Shown here: in pieces, positions 27,229 to 39,587 of the stretch
Layout of the letters: every line of letters starts with the position of its first letter
Numbering within the stretch: the stretch's first letter is position 1
Assembly (NCBI GenBank): GCA_963830935.1
Contig: CAWHOC010000018.1
Location: 3,402-67,401 of the forward strand
Direction: 5' to 3'
DNA length: 64,000 bases
From: an uncultured bacterium
GTDB taxonomy: Bacteria > Patescibacteriota > Minisyncoccia > UBA6257 > 2-01-FULL-56-20
Position numbers and translations under genes: made by a program
Notes under the pieces: generated by a model
What the model was told of the DNA's origin: nothing
Databases searched by the model: none
The model's input: the letters and a program-made list of their open reading frames with translations, nothing else

Positions 27229-29237
27229 ATGGCACACGGAAAATCACCAAACGACATCACGCCGATCGGCTATCATAATTACCGCGGCAACGCGGACCAG
27301 AAATTCGGCGTCAAAGTGGACGACCGCCGCCGCCACGTGTACGTCGTTGGAAAGACGGGCGTCGGGAAATCGACGCTGCTCGAGAACATGGCGATCGCCG
27401 ACATCGAGGCTGGCCGCGGCATCGCGTTCATAGACCCGCACGGCGAATCCGCGGAGAAATTGCTCGACTTCGTTCCGGAAGAACGCCTGGACGACGTGAT
27501 CTATTTCGATCCGTCGGATATGGAATACCCGATCGCGTTCAACCCGATGGAGCAGGTGGGCAACGAGTTCCGCCACCTCGTCGCGTCCGGCATCATGGGC
27601 GTGTTCAAGAAGATCTGGGTGGACGCGTGGTCCGCCCGTATGGAATACATTCTGAACAACACACTGCTCGCACTGCTCGAACTTCCCAACTCTACCCTGT
27701 TGGGTGTTTTGAGGATGTTCGCCGAGCCGCCGTACCGCAAGAAGATCGTGGACAATCTCCAGGACCCGGTCATCAAGGCGTTCTGGCAGAACGAGTTCGC
27801 GCGTTATTCGCAGAAATTGGAAACCGAAGCGCTTGCCGCCATTCAAAACAAAGTGGGGCAGTTCGTTTCGAATCCGCTCATCCGGAATATTTTGGGCCAA
27901 TCCCGTTCCACGATCAACATGCGCGAGATCATGGACACCGGCAAGATCTTCATCGTCAACCTTTCAAAAGGCAAGATGGGGGAGGATAACTCGGCGCTGC
28001 TCGGCGCCATGATCATCTCGCGGCTCCAGCTTGCGGCGATGTCGCGCGTGGACATCCCGGAGGAGCACCGCCGCGATTTCTATCATGTACGTGGACGAGT
28101 TCCAGAATTTCGCCACCGACTCCTTCGCGAGCATCCTTTCCGAGGCGCGCAAATACCGCCTCTCGCTCACGCTCGCGCACCAGTACATCGGCCAGCTCGT
28201 CACGAACGACGGCAACACCAAAGTGCGCGACGCGGTGTTCGGCAACGTGGGAACCATCATCACGTTCCGCGTCGGCGCCGCGGACGGCGAATTCCTGGAA
28301 AAGGAATTCATGCCGGAATTTTTGCAGAACGATCTCGTGAATCTTTCCAAGGCGAACATCTATATCAAGTTGATGATCGACGGCGTCTCGTCCAAGCCGT
28401 TCTCGGCGACGACGCTCCCGCCGCACATCCAGCCGCTGCAGTCGTACAAGGACATCATCATCAAGAACACGCGCGAACATTACGCGGTGCCGCGTGCGAT
28501 CGTGGATGCGCGGATCGCGAGCGAGTGGAATACGAACAGCGAGACGGCGATAAACGAGAAGCTCGGCCGGCGCGACGAGCGTCCGCTCTCGCAGGTGCTG
28601 CGCCCAGGCGGCACATCCGCCGCAGCATCAACGCGCAGGACGCGTGGGCGACGCGCTTTCGCGCGACCGCTATATGCCGCCGCGGGCATCATCGGGGCCT
28701 TCGTCCATAGCGCCCCGCGCAACTTCTTCGCCATCGTCACCACAGACGTCGACACCGGCGCAGGCCCCCTTACAACAGCCGCGCACCGCGTCGCGTCCCG
28801 CTTCTTCATCTCCTTCGCCAGCTTCGTCTTCATCTTCACCTTTAACTTCAAGCGCAAGTACCCCCGCCCGGCGCGAGACTCCCACAGCTCAGCCCGTCGC
28901 ACCATTGCAAATGGAGAAAGTAAAAGAGGTCACCAAAGAACCGCTCACCCCTACCGCCAAAGAGATCATGGCGGATGCCGCGGCGCCGCCGGAGATTCCG
29001 GATTCTTCGCCAGTTGCCACCCCGACGACAACGCCACCCGCCGCGGCGCCGAAACAGTTCGTCCGCCCGAAAGTGGATATCGAAGAGTTGCGCCGCTCGA
29101 TCAACGAGTCGCTGAAGAAACAATCAGAGGAGAAATGCTACGTCCGTTGTTGCCACGGCCACGGCCGCGGCCGCAACTGCAGCTGCAACCACCACGACAT
29201 CGCCATCCGCACCGAAGCATACACAGATAAACACTGA
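27229..29237 (+). pseudogene. VirD4/TraD/TraG-like (type IV coupling protein-like) P-loop ATPase with a long Pro/Ser/Ala-rich tail; at least 2 frame changes
   Basis: Walker A VVGKTGVGKSTLLEN; Walker B DFYMYVDEFQNF; ARKYRLSLTLAHQYIGQL. The low-complexity tail ends with PKVDIEELRRSINESLKK. The exact 3' end (29237 or 29272) is uncertain. Confidence 0.7.
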
Positions 29238-29270
29238 GCCGCCCGGCGCACGGGCCGCGAAGAAGCAAGC

Positions 29271-29915
29271 GTGATGCGCTTCCACATCCTCACGATCTTT
29301 CCCGGCATGTTCGATTCGTATCTTGATGAATCGCTTTTTAAGCGCGCCCAAAAAAGTAAACTTGTTTCCGTACGGGCATACGACCTCCGCGCGTTCACAA
29401 AAGACAAACATAAAAAAGTGGATGACCGGCCGTTCGGCGGCGGTCCCGGAATGGTGTTGAAAGTGCAGCCCGTGTGGAATGCGGTGAAGAAACTCAAAAG
29501 TGGAGCGTTGAAGAAAGGCAAAACGCGCGTCATCCTTTTCTCGACCCGCGGAAAAATGCTGGACGCGAAAGTTGCCCGGCGCCTCGCCAAGTATGACAAC
29601 CTCGTCTTGATCTGCGGACGGTACGAAGGCGTGGACGAGCGCGTGGCCGAGCACATCGCGGATGAGGAGATCTCGATCGGGGATTACGTGCTCTCAGGCG
29701 GCGAGCTCCCGGCGCTCGTGCTCATGGAAGCGGTCAGTCGCCAGCTCCCGGGCTTCCTCGGCAAGGAAGAGTCGCTCGAAGAGGTGAACGGCTCGTTCCC
29801 AACGTACACGCGCCCGGAGATCTTCGCGCCGGCAAAGGGAAAGAAATGGCGCGTGCCGCCGGTATTGCTCTCCGGTAATCATAAGAAGATCGACGAGTGG
29901 CGCAATAAGCGATAG
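29271..29915 (+). CDS. trmD: tRNA (guanine37-N1)-methyltransferase
   Basis: Intact. RFHILTIFPGMF..VDDRPFGGGPGMVL..GRYEGVDERV..EISIGDYVLSGGELPALVLMEAV. Confidence 0.9.
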   Translation: MMRFHILTIFPGMFDSYLDESLFKRAQKSKLVSVRAYDLRAFTKDKHKKVDDRPFGGGPGMVLKVQPVWNAVKKLKSGALKKGKTRVILFSTRGKMLDAKVARRLAKYDNLVLICGRYEGVDERVAEHIADEEISIGDYVLSGGELPALVLMEAVSRQLPGFLGKEESLEEVNGSFPTYTRPEIFAPAKGKKWRVPPVLLSGNHKKIDEWRNKR

Positions 29916-29980
29916 ATCGGCGGCGCGGCGGCGTCACGCGTTTTTATATTCTTTTAATGTAGCATCCGTATGATTGACGG

Positions 29981-31402
29981 ATGCGCGTATCGACACGGGT
30001 GGGGGATATTTCCTTTGGTGCCGCGGTGGCGTTTCTTTTTGGCGTGTTCGCGGCGAACATGGGATGGAACGTGTGGCCGCTCGGTGCGCTCGGGATTTTA
30101 TTATCCGTAGCGACCATCACATTTTTTCCAAAGCACGCGATGTGGAAGTTTGCCGCGATATTTTTCTTCGCCGCTATCGCTGGTGTTTTTTATTATCACG
30201 CCTATGTTAACTGGCAGATGGCGCATACGCACATGCCCACGGGAAAGCAGGCGGCGTTCTTTGGTATCGTGACGACGGAGCCGAAGCCGGCGGGAAACTT
30301 TACGATGCTTACCGTTTCCTTATCACGTCCCTATGCCGGCACGGTAGATATCTTTACCACGCCCGGCAGCCAGTTCTCGTATGGCGATGAGTTGTGGATA
30401 CAAGGAACGCCCGATGCTTCGAGCGATGCGGGCGAACCACCGGCAGTGTTCCTGCCGAGAATGCGCGTGATCGCGGAGCATCAGGGATTCTGGCCAGAAG
30501 AAGTGTTAATCGAGATAAAGTCAGCCATTACAAAAAAGATCGTTGAAGCGTTCCCCGCGGATCAGGCGGCGCTCCTTGCCGGGATCATGATCGGCACCAC
30601 GGGCACGGTGGGCGCTGCGCTCAAGGCGCAGATGGAAACGTCGGGAACCACGTACATCGTAAACATGTATGGATATAAGATCGCGGTCATCACGGCAGCA
30701 CTCGCGGCGGCGCTGAAAGACCGCCTGCCTCGCAAGATGCTGCTATGGATCACGCTCGGGGCGGTGGCGCTGTTCGTGTTCGCATCGGGCGGCACGATCT
30801 CCGCGGTGCGCGCGGCCATCATGGGCTCCTTTGCCGTCATCGCTCGCGGCACGGGGAGGATGTTCAACCCGCGCAACGCGGTGACCTTCGCCGCGCTCGG
30901 CATGGTCCTCCTGAACGCGACGCTCCTCACCGACGCCGGGTTCCAGCTCTCATTCCTCAGCTTTCTCGGCATCTATTACCTCGGGCCGCCGATCAATAAT
31001 TATTTCCATTGGGCCGATGGGGGAGCGCTCCAGTGGAAAGAACACGCGATGCTCTCGCTCGCCACCAACCTCGCGATCCTGCCGATCGTCATGAACACGT
31101 TCGGCGAATTCTCGCTGACGTCGTTCATCTCGAACATCCTCATCATGATCCCATGGCTCGCGGTGATCGTCTTCGGCGCGCTGTTCGTCGCCGCGAGCTT
31201 TATCTCTTCCGCGCTCGCGTTCTGCGCCGCGCAGATCGTGGGCATCCTTTTGCGCTATGAGCTTTGGGTCATTCACGTATTTTCCGTCTTCACACTAGAG
31301 ATGCCTGCCGTATTCGGTTCATCGCTCGTCATCGCACTCTATTACGGCATTCTGATCATCTTCGCACACTACTATGCCGCGCCAGCGCAAAAAGATCATT
31401 GA
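29981..31402 (+). CDS. comEC: ComEC/Rec2-family DNA internalisation channel (membrane domain only)
   Basis: Intact 473 aa, polytopic. An N-terminal OB-like segment (FFGIVTTEPKPAGNFTMLTV) is followed by the competence-domain helices. Confidence 0.8.
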   Translation: MRVSTRVGDISFGAAVAFLFGVFAANMGWNVWPLGALGILLSVATITFFPKHAMWKFAAIFFFAAIAGVFYYHAYVNWQMAHTHMPTGKQAAFFGIVTTEPKPAGNFTMLTVSLSRPYAGTVDIFTTPGSQFSYGDELWIQGTPDASSDAGEPPAVFLPRMRVIAEHQGFWPEEVLIEIKSAITKKIVEAFPADQAALLAGIMIGTTGTVGAALKAQMETSGTTYIVNMYGYKIAVITAALAAALKDRLPRKMLLWITLGAVALFVFASGGTISAVRAAIMGSFAVIARGTGRMFNPRNAVTFAALGMVLLNATLLTDAGFQLSFLSFLGIYYLGPPINNYFHWADGGALQWKEHAMLSLATNLAILPIVMNTFGEFSLTSFISNILIMIPWLAVIVFGALFVAASFISSALAFCAAQIVGILLRYELWVIHVFSVFTLEMPAVFGSSLVIALYYGILIIFAHYYAAPAQKDH

Positions 31403-32269
31403 TGTCGCGAGTGCGATCATCCTCCTCGCGCTCATCACACTCGACGCGGCGCTCTGGAAAAATATTTTGACGGATCGCGCCACGCCGGGGTCGGACGTTT
31501 CCACCGCGCGGATATATTTTCTACCGGTCACGCAAGGCGAGTCCTCGCTGCTCGTCTTGCCGAACAGCGTGACCGTGCTTACCGACGCCGGCGCGGACGC
31601 TGGCATTGTGGATGATCTCCAAAAGGCGTTACCTTCGGGCAACGCATCGTACATCGATCTCGCCATCATCTCGTATCCGCAAGCCGCGAACTACGAAGGA
31701 TACCAATATCTTCTCCAGCACGACCGGATCGGCGCGTTCCTCTATAACGGGCGGAGTGATACAGCGCACAAAAGCGAATGGCAACAGCTTATGGCGACGA
31801 TCGCGCAAAAACATATTCCACTCATCACGATCGGGGCAGGGGATAGGATCCGCTACGGCGGTGCGGGCAACACTGGCGGCGGCGCAGAGAAATAGATATT
31901 CTCTCTCCCAACGCCGCGTTCGCGCATAGCCCCGACCCGGCCGACACCGGCATCGTGGAGCGCGTAATAACGCCGAAGTTCACCGCGTTACTCGCGGCAG
32001 ACATCGGTGTGAACGTGGAGGGCACACTACTCGCCCGCAGCAACACCGATCTGAGGGCGAACATCCTGAAAGCGCCCTTCCCAGGTCTGGGCACCGCCGC
32101 CGGCGACGCCTTCATAAGGGCCGTCAGCCCGCGAACGATCGTCGTCATGCCCGGCATCAAGAACACGCCAAGCGCGCCCACAAAGGCGATGCTCGCGCAC
32201 CTCGCGTCGTCCACGACGGCGACGATCGGCGCACCGGGGCACGGGGCATTTTTGTTGTATAATAAGTAG
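31374..32269 (+). pseudogene. ComEC C-terminal-type metallo-beta-lactamase-fold protein encoded separately; about 2 frame changes
   Basis: N-terminal TM, IYFLPVTQGESSLLVLPNSVTVLTDAG..DLAIISYPQAANYEG | EIDILSPN..ITPKFTALLAADIG... The start overlaps the comEC end. Confidence 0.65.
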
Positions 32270-32271
32270 AC

Positions 32272-33836
32272 ATGACACTGCTTATCAAAAATGTCCAGAT
32301 CGTCGGCGACCCGAGCGGTCTAAATAGCACGCCAAAAGGCGTGACGGCCGGCTCCGACGTGTTCGTGAGCGATAATAAGATCTCCGCGATCGGAAATTTC
32401 CCTAATAAAAACGCCGACCTGGTGCTCGACGGGCAGGGCGCGTACCTCTCCGCCGGCTTCATCGACGTGAACACGGGTTCCGATCACTATCTGACGCTCC
32501 TCAACAGCCCGAGCCAGGAGGATTTTCTCCGGCAGGGCGTGACGACGACGATAGGCGGAATGTGCGGGGCGTCGCTCGCGCCGCTCTTATACGGCACGTT
32601 GGAGGCGCTCCAAAAATGGGGCGACCCGAACCGCATCAATGTGAACTGGCACACGATGGCGGAATTTTTGGCAGTGATGGACAAGCGCCCCACCGGCGTG
32701 AACTTTGGAACGCTCGTCGGCCACGCCACCATCCGCCGCGCGCTCGTGGGCGAAGCGATCCGCGATCTCACGAAGAACGAACTCGGCGTATTCGAGCGCA
32801 CGCTCGAGACGGCGCTTTCGGAAGGCGCGTTCGGATTATCGAGCGGGCTCAATTATGTTCACTCGCGGAAAACACCATACGCGGAATTGCGCGCGCTCGC
32901 GGAGATCGTAAAAAAATATAACGGCGTGTACGCGACGCACCTCCGGCGCGAAGCCGCCGGAATAAAAGAATCCGTGGAGGAGACGATCAAACTCGCGCGC
33001 GAGACGGGGGTCTCCACGCTCATCAGCCATTTCATTCCGTTCATCGGCGCGGAGAAGGAGTACGAGGAGGCGCTCGCGTTGATCGATGCGCTTCCGCCGG
33101 ACGTGAACCTTCACTTTGATATTTTCCCGTCCACCATTTCGCTCCGGCCGATCTATACCTTTTTGCCGGAATGGGTGCAGACGGGCGGTGTGGCCGTCAT
33201 GCAGGCGAATATCCAAGACGAGTGGCTCCTGCCGCGCATCAAAAAAGATATTCCGGAGTTCGACGCGGAAAATTTTGTCGATCGCGCAAGCCACCGGCAA
33301 CGAGAGCTTGGTCGGGAAGTCATTGAAGGACATGATGGAAATCTATGAGTATGAACGACAGCCGCGACGCGCTTCTGCGCCTCATGCAAACGCTCGGTTT
33401 GAAGGGGAGCGTGCTTTATAAGAATCTTGATACCGACCTCATCGCCCGCGCGATCGCGTCGCCGCGCGCGCTCATCGCATCGAGTGCGCCGAGCATCGGC
33501 GCCGGCCCGTCGGGCGAAAAGCATCTGAAGTCCGACCGGACAACATCCACGTTTTCCGCATTCCTGTCTCTCGTGGAGGAGAAAAAGATGATGTCCTTCG
33601 AGGACGCGGTCCGGAAGATCACGGTCACGCCCGCGAAGAAAATGGGCATCGTGGGCAGGGGAGCGATCGCCGAAGGAAATTACGCCGACCTCGTGTGCTT
33701 CCGCGGCGGCGACGTGAAGTTCACCATCGTGAACGGCCGCGTGGTGGAAAAGGAGAACGAGTTCCAGTCGGTATTGCCGGGAAAGATACTGCGCCATTCC
33801 GCGCCCACGAAAAACGCTAACAAGCGGCCGGCATAG
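32272..33836 (+). pseudogene. amidohydrolase-superfamily protein, N-acyl-D-amino-acid deacylase-like; two frame changes
   Basis: LDGQGAYLSAGFIDVNTGSDHY..GVTTTIGGMCG..GAFGLSSGLNY..YATHLRRE..STLISHF.. | ..GRGAIAEGNYADLVCF. Breaks near 33290 and 33345. Confidence 0.7.
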
Positions 33837-33840
33837 CATC

Positions 33841-34953
33841 ATGGCAAAGAACGGACGACGATCCAGCGCCGGCACACCAGATTATTTTTTGTTGGCGGGG
33901 CTGTGCGTCCTGCTCGTCTTCGGGCTCGCGATGCTCGCGTCCGCGTCATCAGACATCGGCAAAGAACTTTTCAATAACAGTTATTATTATCTTGAGCACC
34001 AGTTGGAGTTTGGGTTGACGATCGGGCTCGCAGGATTTTTGGTCGGCTACTTCGTCCCTTACTTTAAGTTCAAAAATGTGGCGTTCATCCTTTTGCTCAT
34101 AAGCATGGCGGCACTCATTCTCGTCTTCACTCCACTCGGCACGGCCGCGAGCGGTTCCACGCGCTGGCTCCGGCTCGGCCCGCTCAGCTTTCAGCCGGCG
34201 GAGCTGATGAAGCTCACGTATATTTTGTATCTCGCGGCGTGGCTTTCGAACGCTAAGTTCAAACGCGCCACGGACTTTCAATCCGGGCTACTGCCCTTCG
34301 CGATCATCTCCGGCTTGATCGCGGTTCTTCTGATTCTGCAACCGGCGACGAGCACCGTCGCGATCCTGCTCGGCGCCGGGCTCATCGTGTATTTCGTGAG
34401 CGGCGCGCCGTGGAAATATATCCTAGGCATCCTTGGCATCGCCATCCTCGCCGTAGCGATCGTCATCATGGTCACGCCATACCGGCGCGCCCGCATCATG
34501 GCCTACCTTAATCCAACGCAAAACCTGCAAGGGCAAAACTATCAGGTCAACCAGTCGCTCATCGCGATCGGTTCCGGCGGGTTCTGGGGCCAGGGATATG
34601 GTCAGTCGGCCTCAAAGGCCAGCTATCTGCCGACGCCGATCGACGACTCGATCTTTGCGGTCGTGGCGGAAGAGCTGGGCTTCGTCGGCGCCGGCGCGCT
34701 CGTGGCGCTCTTCGGGATCGTCACATTCCGCATGTTCTGGCTCGCGCGCCGCGCCGGCGACCAGTTCGGGCGCATGATCCTGATCGGCTTCGGCACGGTC
34801 ATCGCGCTCCAGGCGTTCGTCAACATGGCGTCGATCTCGGGCATCATCCCGCTCACCGGCGTACCGCTGCCGTTCGTGAGCTACGGCGGCACCGCGTTGG
34901 CAGTTTTTATGACGATGGCGGGTGTGGCGCTGAACGTTACGCGGTATAATTAA
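33841..34953 (+). CDS. ftsW: FtsW/RodA/SpoVE-family (SEDS) protein
   Basis: Intact 370 aa, 10 TM. SFQPAELMKL, QSLIAIGSGGFWGQGYGQS, LPTPIDDSIFAVVAEELGF, PFVSYGGTA. Confidence 0.85.
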   Translation: MAKNGRRSSAGTPDYFLLAGLCVLLVFGLAMLASASSDIGKELFNNSYYYLEHQLEFGLTIGLAGFLVGYFVPYFKFKNVAFILLLISMAALILVFTPLGTAASGSTRWLRLGPLSFQPAELMKLTYILYLAAWLSNAKFKRATDFQSGLLPFAIISGLIAVLLILQPATSTVAILLGAGLIVYFVSGAPWKYILGILGIAILAVAIVIMVTPYRRARIMAYLNPTQNLQGQNYQVNQSLIAIGSGGFWGQGYGQSASKASYLPTPIDDSIFAVVAEELGFVGAGALVALFGIVTFRMFWLARRAGDQFGRMILIGFGTVIALQAFVNMASISGIIPLTGVPLPFVSYGGTALAVFMTMAGVALNVTRYN

Positions 34954-34965
34954 CGGAACGAAAAC

Positions 34966-36100
34966 ATGGCCAACAACGAAAAGTTTCGCGTAGTATTCAC
35001 GGGCGGTGGGAGCGGGGGACACATCTATCCGCTGATCGCGGTGGCGGAGGCGCTGCAACGGCGGCTCGCCGCAGCTGAACGCGCCGGCGGAGATGATCTA
35101 TCTCGGACCGAAGGATGAATATAGCGCGCTCCTCGCCGGGCACGGCGTCGAGCTCCGGCCGATCGCTTCGGGAAAATTGCGCCGCTATATGTCCGCGCAA
35201 AACTTTTTGGACGCGCCAAAGTTCGTGATCGGATTTATTCAGGCCTTGTGGAAACTTTATTTCATCATGCCGGACGTCGTCTTTTCGAAAGGCGGCACAG
35301 GCGCATTGCCCGTCGTCATCGCCGCATGGTTCTATCGCATCCCTATCGCGATCCACGACTCCGATGCCCAACCCGGCCTCACGAACGTCCACTCCGGCCG
35401 CTTCGCCACGCGCGTCTTCCTGAGCTTCGAACGCGCGGCAAAATTCTTCAAAAGCAATAAAGTGATGATCACCGGTTCGCCGCTCCGCTCCGAACTCCTC
35501 GGCTCGCGCCAAACAAAAGAGCAGGCAAAGGAAGCGCTGGGGTTTGATAAATCACAGCCGCTCACGATCATTCTCGGCGGTTCGCAGGGCGCGCAGCGCA
35601 TCAACGAGTTCGTGGTCGCGTACCTCCAGCAATTCGTCGCGGTCACGTCCGTGATGCACCAGACCGGCTCGGGAAATTTCGAGGATATCAAAAAACTTGC
35701 CGCAGCGGCCGTCACGGAGACGCCGATCAACACCCGCTACATTCCGTTGCCATATTTTGACGATATGAAGACCGCGCTCATCGCGGCGGATCTCGTCGTC
35801 GCGCGCTCCGGCAGCTCCGTGTGCGAGTTTGCGTCGTTCGGCCTTCCCGCGATCCTCATCCCGCTCGCCGATTCCGCCAACGACCACCAGCGCGTGGACG
35901 CCTACGAGTTCGCCAAGAACGGCGCCGCGATCGTCATTGAAGAGGCGAACCTCGTGCCCGGCATCTTCTTCGCGGAGCTCAAGAAGATCCTGACGGACAG
36001 CGACCTGCGCGCCAAGATGAGCGCGGCCTCGAGCGCATTCTTCATCCCTGGCGCGGCGGAGAGGATCGCGGAGGAGTTGATGGCGATAAGCACGACATAG
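34966..36100 (+). pseudogene. murG: UDP-N-acetylglucosamine--N-acetylmuramyl-(pentapeptide) pyrophosphoryl-undecaprenol GlcNAc transferase, one frame change
   Basis: MANNEKFRVVFTGGGSGGHIYPLIAVAEAL | ..MIYLGPK..FSKGGTGALPVVIAAW..ILGGSQGA..ARSGSSVCEFASFGLPAILIP. Break near 35075. Confidence 0.85.
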
Positions 36101-36176
36101 GGGAGTTGGGACGAAGTTGGAAGACCACGGACACGATGCTCCGAGCTTTTTACCTATTGTCTGGTGAGTCAATAAA

Positions 36177-36185
36177 TGCTAATAT
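36177..36185 (+). promoter_or_regulatory. extended -10 box (TGcTAATAT) 6 nt upstream of ATG 36192
   Basis: TGCTAATAT followed by aaaaaa, then ATG. Confidence 0.4.
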
Positions 36186-36191
36186 AAAAAA

Positions 36192-36587
36192 ATGAATCTG
36201 GATAAGGACACACTATTATATCTCGTCGCTTGCGATTCTATTATTGTGGATGATATTACAAAAAAGCCCGGATACATAGGCATCTTTGATCTCTTAGTTA
36301 TCCCCCCAAAGCAGGAAAAATTACTGTACTCGTTCAATATTGGTGGCAAGATTTTTACTCCAAAGGATGGGGAGATGGAAGTAAAAATAAATATCATCGG
36401 TCCTGATGGTAAGGTTTTCAAGAGCACCACAACTAAATCGGTCGTTCAAAAAGGAGATGTGGATATGAGGTTCGGATTTCATATTGTTGAATTTACACTC
36501 GCCGGAAAATATATATTAAAGGCATTAATAAATGGAGTAGAAGCCGACGACGGAGATAGATACTATTTTGATGTAGTAAAATTATGA
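36192..36587 (+). CDS. hypothetical protein (AT-rich islet)
   Basis: 131-aa ORF, predicted soluble with beta-rich-looking repeats of hydrophobic/polar residues. No family I can name with confidence. Confidence 0.45.
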   Translation: MNLDKDTLLYLVACDSIIVDDITKKPGYIGIFDLLVIPPKQEKLLYSFNIGGKIFTPKDGEMEVKINIIGPDGKVFKSTTTKSVVQKGDVDMRFGFHIVEFTLAGKYILKALINGVEADDGDRYYFDVVKL

Positions 36588-36667
36588 ACGATACCCCTAC
36601 TCAGCAAACTGAGCAGAAGGCAAGGAGCCCGCAGACATTAATGGAGCAAAAACGGGTGATTATTTAG
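36584..36667 (+). CDS. possible 27-aa peptide
   Basis: ATG overlaps the upstream stop (ATGA): MNDTPTQQTEQKARSPQTLMEQKRVII*. Supported only by translational-coupling geometry. Confidence 0.2.
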   Translation: MNDTPTQQTEQKARSPQTLMEQKRVII

Positions 36668-36669
36668 GT

Positions 36670-36930
36670 GTGACATTGGAACTCCTGAAAGAAATTCAGG
36701 AGGTTGAAGGCAATGTAAAAAAATTGGCGGGAGAAATCGAACAAAAAACAAAAGATATAGAATCTGTAAGAACTTTAACAGTGGTTGGTCTTATCGCCTT
36801 AGTAATTATAGCCGTTGGGGTGGTGATAGACGTTTGGAATAACAAAGGAGCATCAATTCAGGTTCTCTCTAGTCAGATTAATCAGCAAAATGTTCTTCTC
36901 CAAAGCGTTCTCGATAAATTAAGCAAGTAG
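36670..36930 (+). CDS. hypothetical coiled-coil / single-TM protein
   Basis: GTG start 3 nt after the peptide stop. LLKEIQEVEGNVKKLAGEIEQKTKDIES, then TM LTVVGLIALVIIAVGVVI. Confidence 0.4.
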   Translation: MTLELLKEIQEVEGNVKKLAGEIEQKTKDIESVRTLTVVGLIALVIIAVGVVIDVWNNKGASIQVLSSQINQQNVLLQSVLDKLSK

Positions 36931-36995
36931 AGTGTCGAGAAATTAAATAGCGGCGCCTTCCAAGTAGGAGAGCGCCGCTTTTGCCGAAGATCGGC

Positions 36996-37286
36996 TTACT
37001 GATGCAGATGGCTGAAGAACCGGACGTATACAACAAGGACGATAATTGCGCTCGTAATGACGCCGCTGATCGCCATCCCCCAGAATAACGCCCACGATTT
37101 GTCGCGATGCCCCAGTTGCGCAAACGTAATCTGCACATAAAGGAAGATCGCGAGCATGCCGAGTGAAGTGCCGCCGACGTTGTTAGTCGTCCACAACGCC
37201 CAGAACTGGGCGCCATCGCCACGATGTTCACAAAGCTGGCTGACCACGCACGACCATCGAGTGAGAAATAATTTGCCAAATGGCAT
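36996..37286 (-). CDS. hypothetical small membrane protein
   Basis: 96-aa ORF with two or three hydrophobic helices, immediately downstream of 37289..37887. Confidence 0.35.
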   Translation of the reverse strand: MPFGKLFLTRWSCVVSQLCEHRGDGAQFWALWTTNNVGGTSLGMLAIFLYVQITFAQLGHRDKSWALFWGMAISGVITSAIIVLVVYVRFFSHLHQ

Positions 37287-37288
37287 AC

Positions 37289-37887
37289 CTAACTCCCTTC
37301 TGGGTTACCAAACATGATCTGAGAGCGACGACCCCATGTAGAGATGACACCGAGAATCGGCACCACCATCAGGAACCACCATTGCGGTTTTGTCCGATCG
37401 CTACGGGGTGAAACATTGTTGATCGAGGTAACTGCGAACGCCGCCGTCCACAGATACCAAGGAATCGATTGTTCAAGCTTACCGTCCCGCCACACACTGA
37501 CGATGGTCGGTATGAACAGAGGATCCCCAAGGGTTCCGGCGAGGACGAGATTTGCGTAGATCGCATTTCTCTCTCTTCCACCAGACCCAGCACGCAGCGA
37601 TACAGAGAATGAGAACGATCCATGCCATCGTGTCGAGCGGAGCGAGTTTGCCCATGCCCAACGCGAAGACCCAGACCACAAAGCATCCCACGGCGCCAGT
37701 AAAGAACTGTGCCGTCACCAGTGCATCTTTCGATCCCTTCCAGAAGGTGATCGCGTTAAGGCCATGCAAGGGAGTGCCAAACTGTCCACGACGCCGGGTT
37801 CGGCACGGAGCCACCGGCATAGACTTGGAACCGGTACATGGTGTAGGCAAGTCCAGATAAAACAGCCGCCAAAATTGAAAGGTACAC
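37289..37887 (-). pseudogene. hypothetical multi-pass membrane protein, two frame changes
   Basis: GTG 37887 is preceded by AGGAGGTGA. VYLSILAAVLSGLAYTMY..NPASWTVW | ..FFTGAVGCFVVWVFALG..WIVLILCIAACWVWW | ..AIYANLVLAGTLGDPLFIP.. Confidence 0.4.
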
Positions 37888-38020
37888 GATTCACCTCCTA
37901 GTGTGATTCGTGGATATATTATACGCCATTCATATGGTCTATGTCAATAGCACTCGAATTCAATAAAATCAGCCCTAAAATGCCAAGATTCCAGCCCTAG
38001 CCTTACCCCCCATTTTTTCG

Positions 38021-39526
<1,506 letters not shown>

Positions 39527-39587
39527 TACTGGGGGTGCTATAATTGGGATATGGACAGAGATTAAGAAGAATCAGTCGTGTTCGTGC

